64,000 nt of DNA, from NCBI GenBank assembly GCA_022813865.1, contig JALDZX010000005.1:620001-684000 (forward strand), in the 5' to 3' direction. This stretch comes from Xylographa opegraphella (Eukaryota). A program made the position numbers and the translations under genes. The notes beneath the pieces were generated by a model. It worked only from the letters and a program-made list of their open reading frames with translations. It did no database searches and was not told the DNA's origin. Below, piece after piece: positions 1-13,702 of this stretch. Positions within the stretch are counted from its first letter, which is position 1; the number at the start of each line of letters is the position of its first letter.

Positions 1-535
1 ACAAGCACTCCTGTTCGAGGATTCTCTGGAGAACAGATTGGCACGAAACAGAAGGTTCGATCACCAGTGATGATGGTCTGGTATATTATTGCGTGAAAGA
101 CAGTCGTTGTTGGCAGACTTCCAGTGCAATGCTTATACTGCTCGATGAGGCAATCCGGTCTTTGACAATTTTGAGATTTGGCGCTAAACCGATATATCCT
201 AGCGTCCGTATGCAGCTTCGCTGCCTCGGAACATATTGCTTGAACCCGCTTCTCATCTCTGCTGTGAATAAGGCAGGCAGAGAATAATACGATGCAGCCC
301 TTTCGTTCCCTCGTTGCAATTACTAATACCTCTTACATTACTTATAAGACTAGTAAACAGAGATTATGGTAGGTACGATATGCATCACAGATGATCGGAT
401 ACAGGCAGATATACTCCAGAGGTAGCCGGACACAAGCAGATTCAGGGGTATCTATCTATCTAATGAATCAAATCATCATGATCTTGCATGCTAGTCATTG
501 GGGTTTATTATTCGCCTGCTGGCCGCTTGGTCCTT

Positions 536-3500
536 TTACGACCAAGTCTCTCCGAAGAGCTTTTTGAAGATCTCTCGACTCTTGTAGAGGTTGACAAGTC
601 TAAATCTCTCGTTGTCCAAATGAGCACTGTCGCTTGCCTGCCCGCATGGTAGGTGTGCAGCCTGGGCACCAAACTCCTTCTCAAGAAATCTTATCGCGGG
701 TATCGTGCCACCTTCACGAATGTATAAAGGCTTCTGGTGCTTGCGTGAAACCGTCTTATTGGCTGATCCGCTATACGTCTCGTCCCAACAATCAGTATTC
801 GTGTGCGCGTTCGGACCGCTATTATTGACACGTGCTGAAAATGTTACAGGCGAGAGCTTCGGGCTTGCGAGATCGTTGGTAATAGCATCCACAGGCAGTT
901 TGCTGACAACAGCTGAACCACGACGTGTTGGTCCGACTGAGCCCCATACCTCCATGATCGCCTTCTCCAACATCTTGAATATCTGATTCTCCGGATCTCC
1001 AAGCCAAGGGTCAGCTTGATTATCGATTCTGACGGATAGACCATTCAAAGTATTCAAAGTGGCAAATTGGTCCTTCAGAAACGAAACGAATGCCTGCTGT
1101 ATTTGCAACGCATCCTGGCCTGGTACTAATCGAAGCGATACAGCTGCTCTGGCGTTATGAGGTATGATAGTAGAATTCGCAGGGCCGGATGTTTTGATAC
1201 TATGCATTGTGAGCGATGGTTCTCGCCATTTAGCCTTGAGCGACGCAACAAGCTCATCTGAGCCGGCGACTTCGGGATACCGCCGAAGAAGACTCTTGCT
1301 GATGGCCTCGTACCGCTCGTTCTCCGGTCGTGACATCGGTAATATGGCGTCATAGAATCTTGGGATTCTGACATGACCATTCGGTCCAGTGAGCTTAGCT
1401 AACAGCATGACAAGATCTTTTAAAGCCTCATCCATCATGTGACTACCTTCGACTCCACTGTGAAGATCCGGATGCTTACTCTCCACTTCGACCGTTGCAC
1501 GTACAACTCCGCGGAGACCGTATGTGAGGCAAGGAATATCGTCATCAAGCCAGTAACTGTTGGCTAGGAGTATCCAGTCAATGTCTCCGATTATATGCTT
1601 ATTTCTTTTGATAGCCTCCTTGAAGCCTCGCGAACCATTCTCCTCCTCTCCCTCAATCAAGAAGATAACATCTGACGCGAGATTCTTCTCAGCAACCAGA
1701 TCCGCAACTGCGTAGAGTGCTGCCAAAACTGGACCCTTGTTATCTGAAGTACCACGGCCATAGAGATATCCATCAATCCCCTGCATATCGAACGGTTGTG
1801 TCTTCCATTTCTCCTGCTTGTTCTCGGCGTCAATCACGTCATAGTGACCGTAGAAGAGGATTCTGTGCTTCCTCTCGCATCCACTATTTCTACCTCTGAA
1901 GCGCGCAAATACGACAGGATTTCTATTGTCGTCAGTATTGAACATTTCCGTAGAACCACCGAAGCGCCTGAAAAGATTTCTCAGCCAAGACGCCCCCCGC
2001 CTGCATTCTTCCGCGTATTCTTCCTTCGAGGAGACAGTTCGGAAGGATACTAATTTCTTTAGGGAGTCGAGGAGTTCCTCTACAAACCGATTCAGTACCA
2101 AGGTCACTGATCACACTGACTCTACTCACCATTGGTATTGATCAAACTCATACCATTAGAATGGCTCACGCTCGTGCCAAAATCCCAAATAGCAACGCAG
2201 TCGTCATTGCCGCCAGTGACAAGGACGGCTTTTTTATCGTACGACGTGATAGAGGAGGCAAGGATCAATCGATCATGAGCTTTCCATTGATTTGTACATC
2301 GGTATCGACGGTCAAATATCTTTCGAAGGTTAACAGAGATATCACCGCTGGGTACGATGAAATACCTTAGCCCAGCCATTCGAGGCACCAGTAAAGATCA
2401 AGTCGTGTCCAACGGTAATGGTAAGAACGTCAGCGGTATGTGCATTTACCGTTCGAATAAGTTGACGAGTATCAAGATCCCACACATCCACATCACCCTC
2501 TAATCGACCCGAATATAGAAATGACCCATCTAGTGCCATTGAGAGAACTGAATTATCGCCATTCTCCATAGTTTCGAAACATGTGATAGCACCGGGTACT
2601 CCATTTTCAGTCAATCGCCACATCTTTATTGTGCCATCGCCACCAGCAGTTATTAGCGTTTCTTCACCGGATTCACCATGTATGCTGCCCTGGACCAAAA
2701 CCATGCAATAGACGTAGCCAAAATGTGCATACTGGATAATATGTCTTCTATCAATCTCTATAGCTTGGCCGCCCTGGGCAAGAATTTCTCCTCCTGAAAC
2801 AGATCGAGTGGTTGGCACGCCGCCTGGCCCTGTGGAATCAAAAAACTTGTTTTGACGGTTGAGCGGATGAGATTCAAGGTTGGGAGAGACGCAAGAGGTG
2901 TTCGAAGCGAGATTGAGCCACTGAAGAATTAAACGATGCATGCCATATTTGAGGTCAGCTACGAACCTGGATACTTGTGTTCTGTGCTCCCAAATACACA
3001 GTCTGCAAGCTTGTCGAGTAGACTACACAGAAAACGTCTCCGACATCATATGTGGACCAAATGTGATACAACCGGGTAAGCTTCTGTGTGCACCAAACCT
3101 GGAAGCTATAAGCAGTGGGCAACAAAATACAGTGGTTTTAGTTGTACATTAACTATCGCGTCTCCAGCGCTAGAGAATAAATGCTTCCCATCATTTGAGA
3201 CAAAAAGACAAAGGACCGCTCCTCTATGAGCAACAATCGAGTAAAGAAGCTCATAAGTCTCCAATGACCACACCTACGACTCTGTCTCAGCTTTAGAATT
3301 ACAACCAGATTAATCACTTGTTATATACCAGTAGTTCGCCTCCTTGAGTCCCGGCAAACACTCGAGAATTGGAGATGACGATTGTCAATATAGATTTCTG
3401 GTTTTTGACCTTGTGAAATAATGCTGGGCCATTGATGGCGCGGAGCGGTGGAGCACCGCCTTGAGTTGCATCCTGATTTACCCGGTCTGGAACATGAGCG

Positions 3501-3694
3501 TTAGCATCGGCCACTTCATTGTCATAACTGTCTGGTCTCAGGTTGCTGTTCCGGTCAGCCATATGATCGAAGTCCTCAACGTCCTGAAGGCAAGGATTAT
3601 TCCGGCCAGGCCTAAGAACTAGTGCCCGTTGTGGATCGACTAAAACTCGCCCATGCACTGAGGTATCCCAAGCAGACACTTCTTTCGTCGCCAT
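536..3694 (-). CDS. DUG2: Glutathione degradosome subunit Dug2 (N-terminal WD40 repeats + M20 metallopeptidase domain), 5 exons
   Basis: M20 motifs FYGHYDV, GRGTSDNKG, EGEEENGS, DLHSG, REGGTIP, AHLDNE. WD repeats upstream (TAGGDGTIKMW, VDVWDLDT, VTGGNDDCVAIWD). GT-AG introns at about 2080-2129, 2320-2365, 2921-2966 and 3274-3328. The start could instead be the ATG at 3562. Confidence 0.9.
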
Positions 3695-5213
3695 GTCGAG
3701 AGTACGGCATTTGATCAGAAGAGTTATGGGATCTTATAGGACTCTCACCTGCATTTAGTCTATGATACAGTGGAAGTTGGTTGGCGGGTTTCACATGTGA
3801 GTACCCGGTGGTGGGCCAGGTTGCACCGTCTTCCTTCACCATATCTTGATCAAATCGTGTTTAAGTACGCGAGGAGGAGGGAGACATAATCCATTAAAGA
3901 CCTCAATTCATAGCAGACGAAGGGAACGTGTGGTGATTAGGAACCTGCAGTAGTATACGAGTAGCCACATAAGCTCCATATGCAAACAGCTACGTGGTTC
4001 ATCCATCCTCACCGCAACTTTCGCCATGATTCCTCAAGGATTATCTCTGATAGTTGAGCACAATCACGTCCAGATACCCCACACGAACATCTCCAACGTA
4101 GTCTGCCATTAAGCCAGCGAACTGGCAAACAAATAGTCTGTCCGTTGCCAGTCACATATGCATCTTAGTCATGCTTCGGGAGTGATCTTTCAGGTAGGCC
4201 AGAATAGCCATTAGTGGCTGTTCACATATCTCTCCAGATACTGGTTTGAGATCCTGCCGCTCAGGCTCAGAGGAAATCGCAGAGCCAATAGACTGCATAG
4301 TACCTGTGATGGATACACTGCTCTGGATCGACAGCGATCACCCAGAAATTTCTGGATAAAATTGTGTAGGCCAAACGCTAACTACGTGGACAAATGATAA
4401 CACGGCCAGTACCTCCGTACGAGGCACCGTAAAACTAGTAATGAGCAAGTACTTCCGTACCAAAGGAACTTTGCAACAACGCACAAAACAAGAAATGCCA
4501 CGACAGAATAATCCAAGACCGAGGCGTGGAAAACAATGGAACTCCATCAGCTCTGGCATTGTCCGCGGGAGGACGAGCTGGTCGTCATGCTGCAGCGTCC
4601 AGCTGGACTTGGGCATGGACTGAGGTGTGACGAGACCCTGGAAAGGCGCGCGCCACCACTAAAAGGACTGGTAGCCAGTCAGCGACGGCGGCTAAAGCAT
4701 CGCTATCACCGGGCTAGGCATTATCTAGACCTTCAGCCACGCGCTGCTCCTTCTTCGCCGTCTTCCGCCGAAGCAATGTCCTGATGACGGGCAATCTGCG
4801 GTGGCTGGCTACTTGTAGTCTACTTGGAGCATCCCGGCAACCATTCTTGGATCTGTCTTATGACTGCACATATACAAGAGTAATTCATCGTCTCTCATGA
4901 CTCTTGCTGTGCGATAGTCGGTTCATCACATTGATTCACTCCCGGTTCCTGTCATCAGCTTGTGTCATATCCTTCCTACTCTTCAACAAAGGATTGCTAC
5001 CTCTAACTCCTTGTGCCTTCCTACCCTGGTACGGTTGTTTGCCCTCACCTCATTGTTCTAAGGACCTGGTGGTTGCTTTGTCTGCCAGATATATCTCGTG
5101 CTTTCTACATCCAACAGAAGAACAGGAAGGTGATCCACAATAACAACATCTCTGCAAGCAGGCTTGCAAAATTGATATTCTTCCGTTCACCAATTAACGC
5201 TTCTCTGTTCATA

Positions 5214-6550
5214 ATGGTGAGCCCCGCACTCTTGGGTCAGACGATTGCCGTCTATGATCAGTCTGGCAAGGTAATCAGCAACGTAAGTAATCCCAGCTTC
5301 TCATCAATGGCAATACTAACAGAATTAATATACAGAGCAAGCATCTACTTAACGTTTTCAAAGAAGCGAAGTCTGCATACCGAGAGAGGAAAGCGGAGAT
5401 TATTGCAAGTCGACATGCTCACAAGGATGAAAAACATGGTCGGAAAGCCATAAAGGCTCACAATATCGACGATGACAACACCTCGTACCGATCTTCTCCG
5501 CGGTCTGTCCAAGGAAGCGTGCGCAGAAAGCCGGTCGCCGAGCGACGATACTCTGGGGAAACAGCAAGAAGCGCCACGACCACGATATATCCTTCATCGA
5601 ATCGGCGGTTTGAGCAAGACCTACGTTCGCGCGATATGCGCCGATCATCGAAATCTTCGCGGTCTCCGGGCTCCTTGATAGATCCACATCCCGAGATGGC
5701 TCGGCGGCACACTACCATGTACGATCTTTCGGGGCATCGTTCGGCTCCACCAGTACCTATACGCTCGCGATCTGCTGATGAGATCGATATGGACCTAGCT
5801 TACGGGGAACTTCCGCCGGATCTTGTGGTACCTCGGAAAGGTGACGATGAAGCCGAACTGAAAGGCCTGGTTGGCACAGTCACGAAGCTCCTAGATGAAG
5901 CGAAATGTGTCCAATACTCTGTGACTGCCATCGTCGCTAATCTGCAGAAGAATCCGGAGGCCATGGCTGCGGTGGCGCTCACTCTGGCAGAAATCAGCAA
6001 CATTGTGACAAAAATGTCCCCTGGAGCTGTTATGGCGATGAAAGGTAGTGCCCCTGCCGTGTTTGCTCTTCTAGCGAGTCCCCAATTTCTCATCGCTGCC
6101 GGTGTTGGGGTGGGCGTGACGATAGTTGCATTTGGCGGCTACAAAATCATCAAGAAAATCAAAGCCAACCACGCTAAGGAGGAAGTTGGGATGGACGAAA
6201 TGATTGAGATCGGTGGCGATTTCAAACGCATTGAGAACTGGAGACGTGGAATCTCCGAGGCGGAGGAGCGGAGCGTCGGGACGAGTGTGGAGGGAGAATT
6301 TATCACGCCAATGGCAGCGAATTTGTCGCGACTCAATCTACAAGAGGAGAGAATAAGGGATTCACGCCGAGGAGGACATGGACTGAACTCTGTGCGAGGC
6401 GACAAGGCATCCAAGGGTGGTAGTTCCAGCAAAGGCTCGAAAAGTTCAAAGACCACTAAGGCCTCGAAGTCGGACAAGGACAAGAAAGAGAAGAAGGAAA
6501 AGGCGAAGAAGGAGAAGAAGCCATCGCCGTTACGAATGATGTTCCAGTAA
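5214..6550 (+). CDS. Fungal uncharacterised protein with a hydrophobic/Gly-rich segment and Lys-rich C-terminal tail, 2 exons
   Basis: ATG 5214 (MVSPALLGQTIAVYDQSGKVISN), intron 5283-5335, then open frame SKHLLNVFKEAKSAYRERKAEI... to the stop at 6550. Contains DMDLAYGELPP and LLASPQFLIAAGVGVGVTIVAFGGYKIIKKI. Confidence 0.75.
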
Positions 6551-7183
6551 GAGGATCACGGACGAGCTTCATGCTTACTTCGTAAAAACCATCTGGGAGA
6601 ACATTGAGAGTGGCACTGTAAATATCTGGGACGATTGTGAATAACGAAGCCCTTGTCTATAACGAAGCGTTTGCACTAGTAGCATATAATGTTTTTAAGG
6701 ATTATTGGAGAGAGTCATTGGAAATCGCTGGTACGGTTCATTCAGCAGGTCTATAAAATTTGTGCTGCACAGGGATTGGGGGACGACTTAAGGGGGAAGG
6801 ATAGGGATGTACGCCTCGTTCATGGTATCGTTAGCTGATTCCGATCTAAAATTGCTCCCCTAAACGGGCTGCCATAAGCGTAAATTTAATGGACCAGCCA
6901 TTTCGTAAGGCCACTGCGGCGATTCCACAGTCACATCGCTGACAGGGACAATATAAAGCACCTAGCGTTTGTTTTGAAACTGCATACTAGCATTTTTAAA
7001 AAGATAATACTCTAGTCGCAAATTGCAAGCTGCCAGGAAGCATACCACGTTATTCTATTCCCGTCGGCAACGGTATCCAGACTAATAATGGCAACATTAT
7101 AACCTTGACGTTGAAGTCAGTTGTGAGAGGCGTCGGTTCCGGTCTGGAAAAGTTTTGGAGGATTATCTCACGAGCTAGTTGCA

Positions 7184-10094
7184 GTGGCATCGTACCCCGA
7201 AAGAATTCAGCGACTGCGATCGAATATAGAGCTCGAACCCAACATTTGCCTCGACGATGGGATCTACAATTTCCTCTCCAAACTCAGACATAAGGATTGT
7301 GAGGAGACCGATAGGGGCATGAAGAACGAGATACCAGGGGATATTGAGATCAAGAGGATGGTGGACCATAACGATGCAAGCTATTTGACGAATGGTATCG
7401 ATGTAGGTGCTGCCCCAATGTTCGGCGAGGAGACATCTAGTGTGGAGGTGGGAAGCAATGTTCCAGACAATCATCTGTCCGAGCCGCCAGTGTATAGGGA
7501 TCAGGGCGCGGAGAAAGTCCCGAAGCTGTCGCAGGCTAAGATGGTTGAGCTAACATCCTCATTGGATGCTGTTCCCCTTCATGTTTCAAGACTCAACGAA
7601 GAAGATCAGTCTCCTTCCTCAGTGAAGAAATTGGAAGGGGATCTTGAGACCTCGAACCGCATAGTCCGTGACTTCCGAGAACCACTTGGAGATCGCGATT
7701 CAAATGGAAGAAGGATATCTAGAGGTCCCATGGTGTCGCCAACTGCTCAGTTAGAACCTGTACTACAATCTCCCATGATATCTCCCCTCGGACATGCTTT
7801 CTATTTGGATAGGCCCTCACTATCATCTCGTACAGTGTCCACTCCCACATTGACCAGAAGCCAATCCTCGTCAAAGTTACAGCAGAAAGGCCAATCTCTG
7901 CAATCTCAATTGAGATCTAGCAAACCTACTGTTATTCCGATTGACTACAATAAAGCAAAAACGGCATCCAGATCCCAGAAACATGATGATTTCATTGAAT
8001 CGCCAGACCCGCCGTCTTTACCACTTCCACCTCTTTCCTTACCTGCGTTTCTACACCTTGAGCTGTCTTCCGAAGAACGTCCCTCTTCTCTCTATATACA
8101 CCGACCTTCATCTGGCGATTTCCCTTACGAGCCTTCGCACGTCAAAGTTGAGCGACTTCTCAATTTCCTCCTTCTCCCACCATTACTTGAACAAGTTTTG
8201 TGGTTTGGTGCAGTTGCTTGTCTCGACGCGTGGCTTTATACCTTTACCATATTACCTTTGAGGTTCTTAAAAGCTATATCCATCCTAGCACACTCTTGGC
8301 TGCGGAATATCAAAAAAGAAGCTGCATATCTTGCTGGTTTCATATACTCAGGATCGGGGAGATTGTGGAAAAGAAGAGCAGAAAGAAGATATTCAATCAA
8401 ATCCGAAACGTCCGAACCAACCGGAAAGTCCAAAGGTAATGCTGAACCGTCAAAAAACTTCTTGAAAAACGAAACAGACATTCCAGGTCTCTCTGGCCCC
8501 GATATCCCAAATGCATCCCGTTCTCAGTCAAAACTGAATCGCGGTCGAACTGTCAATATGAACTCAAAGCACAGAAGAACAAAATCTATACCCTCCGAAC
8601 TAATGCCAAGCGAAAAAGGAGACATTCTGAAAGGGCTCCTCATAATTCTCAGTTGCTGGATACTTATGTATTTTGATGCTAGTATGATGTACCACAGTAT
8701 CCGTGGCCAGGCGGCCATCAAGCTCTACGTGATCTACAACGTCCTAGAGGTATGTCACGTCCAGTGTACCTTATTCGCGCATATTGCTCACCGTCGTCGA
8801 CACACAGGTATGTGACCGACTCCTCTCGGCTCTCGGTCAAGACGTGCTGGAGTGCCTGCTTGCAAAGGAGACTCTGGAGCGGAATTCGGACGGCCGCAGT
8901 AAAGTGTGGAGACCGTTTTGGCTCTTCATCTTAGCCCTACTCTACAATCTCCTCCACTCCACCGCCCTATTCTACCAGGTCATCACCCTCAACGTCGCCG
9001 TAAACTCGTACTCCAATGCCCTCCTCACACTCCTCATGTCGAACCAATTCGTTGAAATCAAATCCACCGTCTTCAAGAAGTTCGAGAAAGACAACCTCTT
9101 CCAAATCACGTGCGCGGACGTGGTCGAGCGCTTCCAGCTCTGGCTCATGCTCATGATCATTGCCGCGCGCAACATCATCGAGACGAACAGCCTCGGCGGC
9201 TCCTCCGCCACCACCACCACCTCCGCCAGCCCCAGCTCCAGCCAGCCCATCCGCAGCTCCGGCATCCTCCCTTTCAGCTTCACCGTGCTCCCGGACTGGA
9301 TCGGGCAGGTGCTCAGCCCCTTCCTGCTGGTGCTCGGCACGGAGATGCTCGTCGACTGGCTCAAGCACGCGTACATCAACAAGTTCAACAACGTCAAGCC
9401 GAACATCTACGGCCGCTTCCTGGACGTCCTGGCCAAGGACTACTACTCCAACGCCTTCGCGGACCAGAACCTCACCCGCCGCCTGGGCCTGCCCGTCATC
9501 CCGCTCTGCTGCCTCTTCATCCGCGCCTCCGTGCAGACGTACCACATGTTCCTCACCACCGCCGTCTCCTCCGCCCTCCCCTCCACCACCTCCCTCTCCG
9601 CCATGTCCAGCGCCTACAGCAACCCCTCCCAACCTACCACGGCCCCCCTGCCCCTCCAGCTCGACCACCTCGTCCGCCGCGTGCTCGCCCTCGCTCACGT
9701 CCCGTACCCCCCGGTTCTCAGCGCCATCGACACCGACGCCCTGCTCTCCGCCCTCGCCACCCTGACCTTCTTCCTCACGCTCTACCTCGTCCTGCTGGCC
9801 GTCAAGCTGCTGCTCGGCATGTGCCTGCTCGCCTTCAGCCGGCGGCGGTATAACGGCATGAAGGCGCGGGAGCGCGTGAGCAGCACGGCCGAGGGGAAGA
9901 GGCTCGGTGGGTGGGGCGTCGTCGAGGTGGATGAGGAGAAGCGGAGGTTGATATACGAGGATGATGCGGAGGGGCTGCGGCGGAGGGAGAGGGCCGTGGG
10001 CGGAGGGGGAGGCGGGAAGGAGAGGGAGAGGGAAAAGGAGAAGGGGTTTGAGGACGTGAGGAGGTATGATATGGTGGCGAAGCGCATTTGGTGA
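7184..10094 (+). CDS. TAPT1/Emp65 (DUF747) family multi-pass ER membrane protein, 2 exons
   Basis: Motifs YHSIRGQAAIKLYVIYNVLEV/CDRLLSALGQD, LNVAVNSYSNALLTLLMSNQFVEIKSTVFKKF, ADVVERFQL, EMLVDWLKHAYINKFN. Intron 8750-8807 joins the two long ORFs. Confidence 0.9.
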
Positions 10095-10603
10095 GATGGG
10101 CATGTGGAGGAATATTGGGGGGTGGGAGATGTAAGTTGTTGGACAATGAGTTAACAGCTCGGGGTTTTAATTCTTGGCAAGGGCGTGCTGCCATAGGTGT
10201 AATTTACTATCATCAATTGTATGTCATGAGAGATCACAAACCAGTGTACGATAGTTCACATCTACAGACCACACCAAATCGTGTCTGGATATCTTAATTC
10301 TAGAAGAGCCACTGTGACTCACGCATAGCTCTCAGACGCAGTCTCCAAATCACGAGTTAGAGACTGACGTCTGGAGATGTTAAAAGACATGGCCACAGCA
10401 ATGAGCAAATGTCCAAGGTACAAACACAGCGCTTCGAAACGCAGCACCACATTGGTATTGAAATACGGATGAATTGTCCAATCCTCCCCTTGCGCGCCGT
10501 CATAATTTCGTTGTACATGGGTATAAGAGCAATCACCAAAAAAAACACCTTCAGATCGAATTTAAACACCACCCAGTGAGCATCAGGCCTTTACCGGCGG
10601 GCC

Positions 10604-12890
10604 CTACCAGTTTCCTCCGCCACCGGGCCCCGTAGTTGCCGCTCTCGGAGGAGCCATCGGCCGCGGGATCTCCTCTTCCTCAGCTCCGTATGAGTCATAT
10701 ATTGAATCATCGTAGGTGACTGTTGGCGGCAAAGGTGCAGTCCCATACCGCTGTGGAGGAAACGGTTTCTGGCTGAAGTGGTCGGGCTGCCGGGCGCTGC
10801 GCAGGGGGGCACTGAAGTTGCGATGCGTTGGTGAGGGCGAAAAGTTCTGCGCCGTTGGAGAGGGGATGGCGGTGTCGGATTGGGTGCTCGGAGGTGCGAA
10901 GCTTGGGTTGTAAGGGGTGAAGCGGCTGGACGGTGGTGGGTGCTGCACAATAGGTCGCGGCGGTCGAGGCCGCATCTCAAATGCTTGTGGTGCTGGAGCG
11001 TAAGGATTTTGGGTCGGGAGTGGACGTCTATTGTACGAATCTGTGGGAGAGGGTGGAGTAGGCTTGCGGCGACCCTGGGAGTCGATAGGGGAGAGACCAG
11101 GAGTGGAGCGGCCAGTAACTTGATAGATGCTTGTGCCGGTGTTCTGCCGGCTTGGAGGGGGGGGCGAAGAGCGACCGTAGGATTGCGTATCGCCGAATTG
11201 GGTGTTTTGGTGAATAGGCGGATAGTCATTTCCTGCAGTGTTCTGTCTATTTGGAGGAGCGGGTGAAGAACGACCATAAGACTGGTGGTCACTGAACCCC
11301 GTGTTCTGGCGGCTTGGCGGGCCAGGTCTCCGTTCTTGACCGGAACCTGGTTGCTGCCACGCTGGAGTGTACGATCTTGTGGACATCTGTGAATTATTGG
11401 TACCATGTCTGTTCATAAGCGGCCGTCCGCTAGCCATAGAGCGATCAGATCCCATCCTAGAAATCGTTTCAGATGGATAGTGTTGACCAGCTGGGCCGTA
11501 GCCCATCGGGTTTGCTGAACCCATTAATGGAGCGTTCGACGCGTAACTGGAATCCGAGGCTGCTGAATATTGAGTGTTCGACCTCGAAGGCGCTACTGGT
11601 CTTTGCGGTTCGAGGGAGACGTGTGGCACTGTCGGTTGTCGTTGGAGTTCGACTGGGAAGTTGTCATTGCGGGTTGGGGCCGGTGTCGTATATGGTGGTA
11701 GACTGGTTTGAGTGCCTTGTCGAGATAGCATAGGCATCTCTGGTAATTTGTCGTCACTGCTGAGGTCCAGCACAGGTAGCGTAGGCTGTCTCTTCAAATC
11801 CTGTGGTCGCTCACCAGCTCTACCAGTTTTGGTGTCCACCTGCAGCTGGACTTCGTTTTCTTTCGCGAGAGCCTTGTTGACCTTAATACTTACGACTTTC
11901 TGCAACCTACGGTCAATTTTACGCTTGCAGAACTTCCGCAAGCCACCATCCTGGCTAGGTATGTGGTGCCATAGAAACATAACGTAGAGTATGCAGGCCA
12001 CAGCGAGACTGAGAGCCGAGATAACCCAGATGATAAGAGTAAAGAGCATCCCGAACAAGACCGCAGCTTGTTCACCATTGGACTTGGCTAGCACCATGAG
12101 ATTGTAAAAAAATTGTGTAAACGCATTATGGCCATTGCTTGTAGCGTGATCTCCGACAGGAACAAGGTCGGCTTGCATGACAGAATACAGAGTCATCGCG
12201 TTGATAGCATTTCGGGGCCCTTCCGCAAAAATGATACGCAACCAGGCTGCTGGCTGTTAGTGAGGATTCACACAAATTGACTCGTAGACATACCCTCAAA
12301 GCTGAAATACGTGAATAAGGCAATATACTCGCTGCCCTTCTTGCTCTTCGTTAGTTCGGCAAAGACCAAGAATCTCCGCCATCCTCTGCCTCGTGCGCCC
12401 ATACGTATGCTCTGTATTCGCACAGCCAACGGATCAAGATAGCTTTGTGCCACGCCTCCTGTTCTCATTGCTCGAATTGCTTTTATCCAACGGTACACCA
12501 ACAACACCCAGCTGAGTATTATACACCCTGCAAAAATCCATCTTGAGATGGTTATGGGAACGACAGGTTTAACGATACCGTTCCACTGGCCTCTCGCTTC
12601 TGCCTGTTAGCAGATGTCGCCCAGGGCAATTCTCTCAGGAATCCTTACCTAGCAGATTAACGGCTGTAAAAACATCCACAATATAACATGCAACAGAAAT
12701 CAATAGCGAGATGTAGAGGATACCGTAGGAGAGGGGTGTCAGGCATGACGTGGATCTGAAGTCCGATAGATTCTATTGGGAAAGCAATCAGCAAGGGCGG
12801 CGAAGGAAGATTGTAGGAACATACGAGCCAGTCCCATTGCTGCTCTTTCGCAACGTCTTCAAGCTTCTCTCTTTTACCACAACAGCTCAT
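10604..12890 (-). CDS. Kch1/Prm6-family fungal membrane protein (potassium-transport associated) with long Pro/Ser/Gln-rich C-terminal tail, multi-exon
   Basis: Start MSCCGKREKL...QQWDW. Internal segments SYLDPLAVRIQSIRMG, WRRFLVFAELTKSKKGSEYIALFTYFSF and IIFAEGPRNAINAMTLYSV, with several TM helices. Introns near 12776-12825, 12590-12648 and 12244-12292. Confidence 0.75.
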
Positions 12891-13702
12891 GGTTCTTAGC
12901 AGATCTTCGATCCGAAGCGTTTGCAAGTGAGAGGCGTGGTAATTATTTTGTAGCGATTGTAGGCGACACCGTATGCAGTACCATGAAGTACGATTGGAGA
13001 CGTCCAGCGGAAACACGGTCCAGCCGTGTACTCGTCAGGTAATGAATGAAAGCTCAATAAGTATTGAACAAAGTCGGTCTCTTGTTATTGCTGAAGACAA
13101 AGGTCCAGGATAGAGGATCAATCGGAGATAACACATCACAAAACAAATGATCGTAGTATTATTGAGATTCCGGATATCTTGCAATGATAAGGGATCATAA
13201 TTCTGCGCACAACCACAAGAGCGCAATCCGAGCGAGAAGTGATCGGAAGCTGAATGCGGTTGGGAGTAGGCCTGGAATGTGTCACGCGCGACACCCGATA
13301 GATCGATGATCTTGGCGACCTGAGCAGAGCTGGTAGTAGCAAAGGAATGAGTGGAAAGCTGCGATCATAAAGAATGCAGCGACTAGACGAGCGCCTATCA
13401 AAAGGAGTGTGGTCGGAGCGCGACACAGTGTTAGGTGAACGAGCAACTCTCTCGATGATGCTTATTTGTTTCACGGCCCGCTAGGACTAGCCTACTTGCC
13501 GCACAGGGGCCGAGGGGCGTAACGCTAGCCGGAATCTGATACATGGCCGAGATCGCTGCTCAACCAATCACACACTTCCAACTTACAGTCCGCTAAAACA
13601 AAACAATGCATCTGCACATCTGTGATCTATGAGGCACAATACACAACAGTTCATCCTCGAGATCATCCTGGCTAAGCCGAATTCCTACGCTCAGAACCTG
13701 CC

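Noticed and set aside
8967..10103. 378-aa antisense ORF and other long overlapping frames over TAPT1-like exon 2
   Set aside because: Shadow ORFs caused by extreme third-position C/G bias. The plus-strand frame carries the conserved family motifs.
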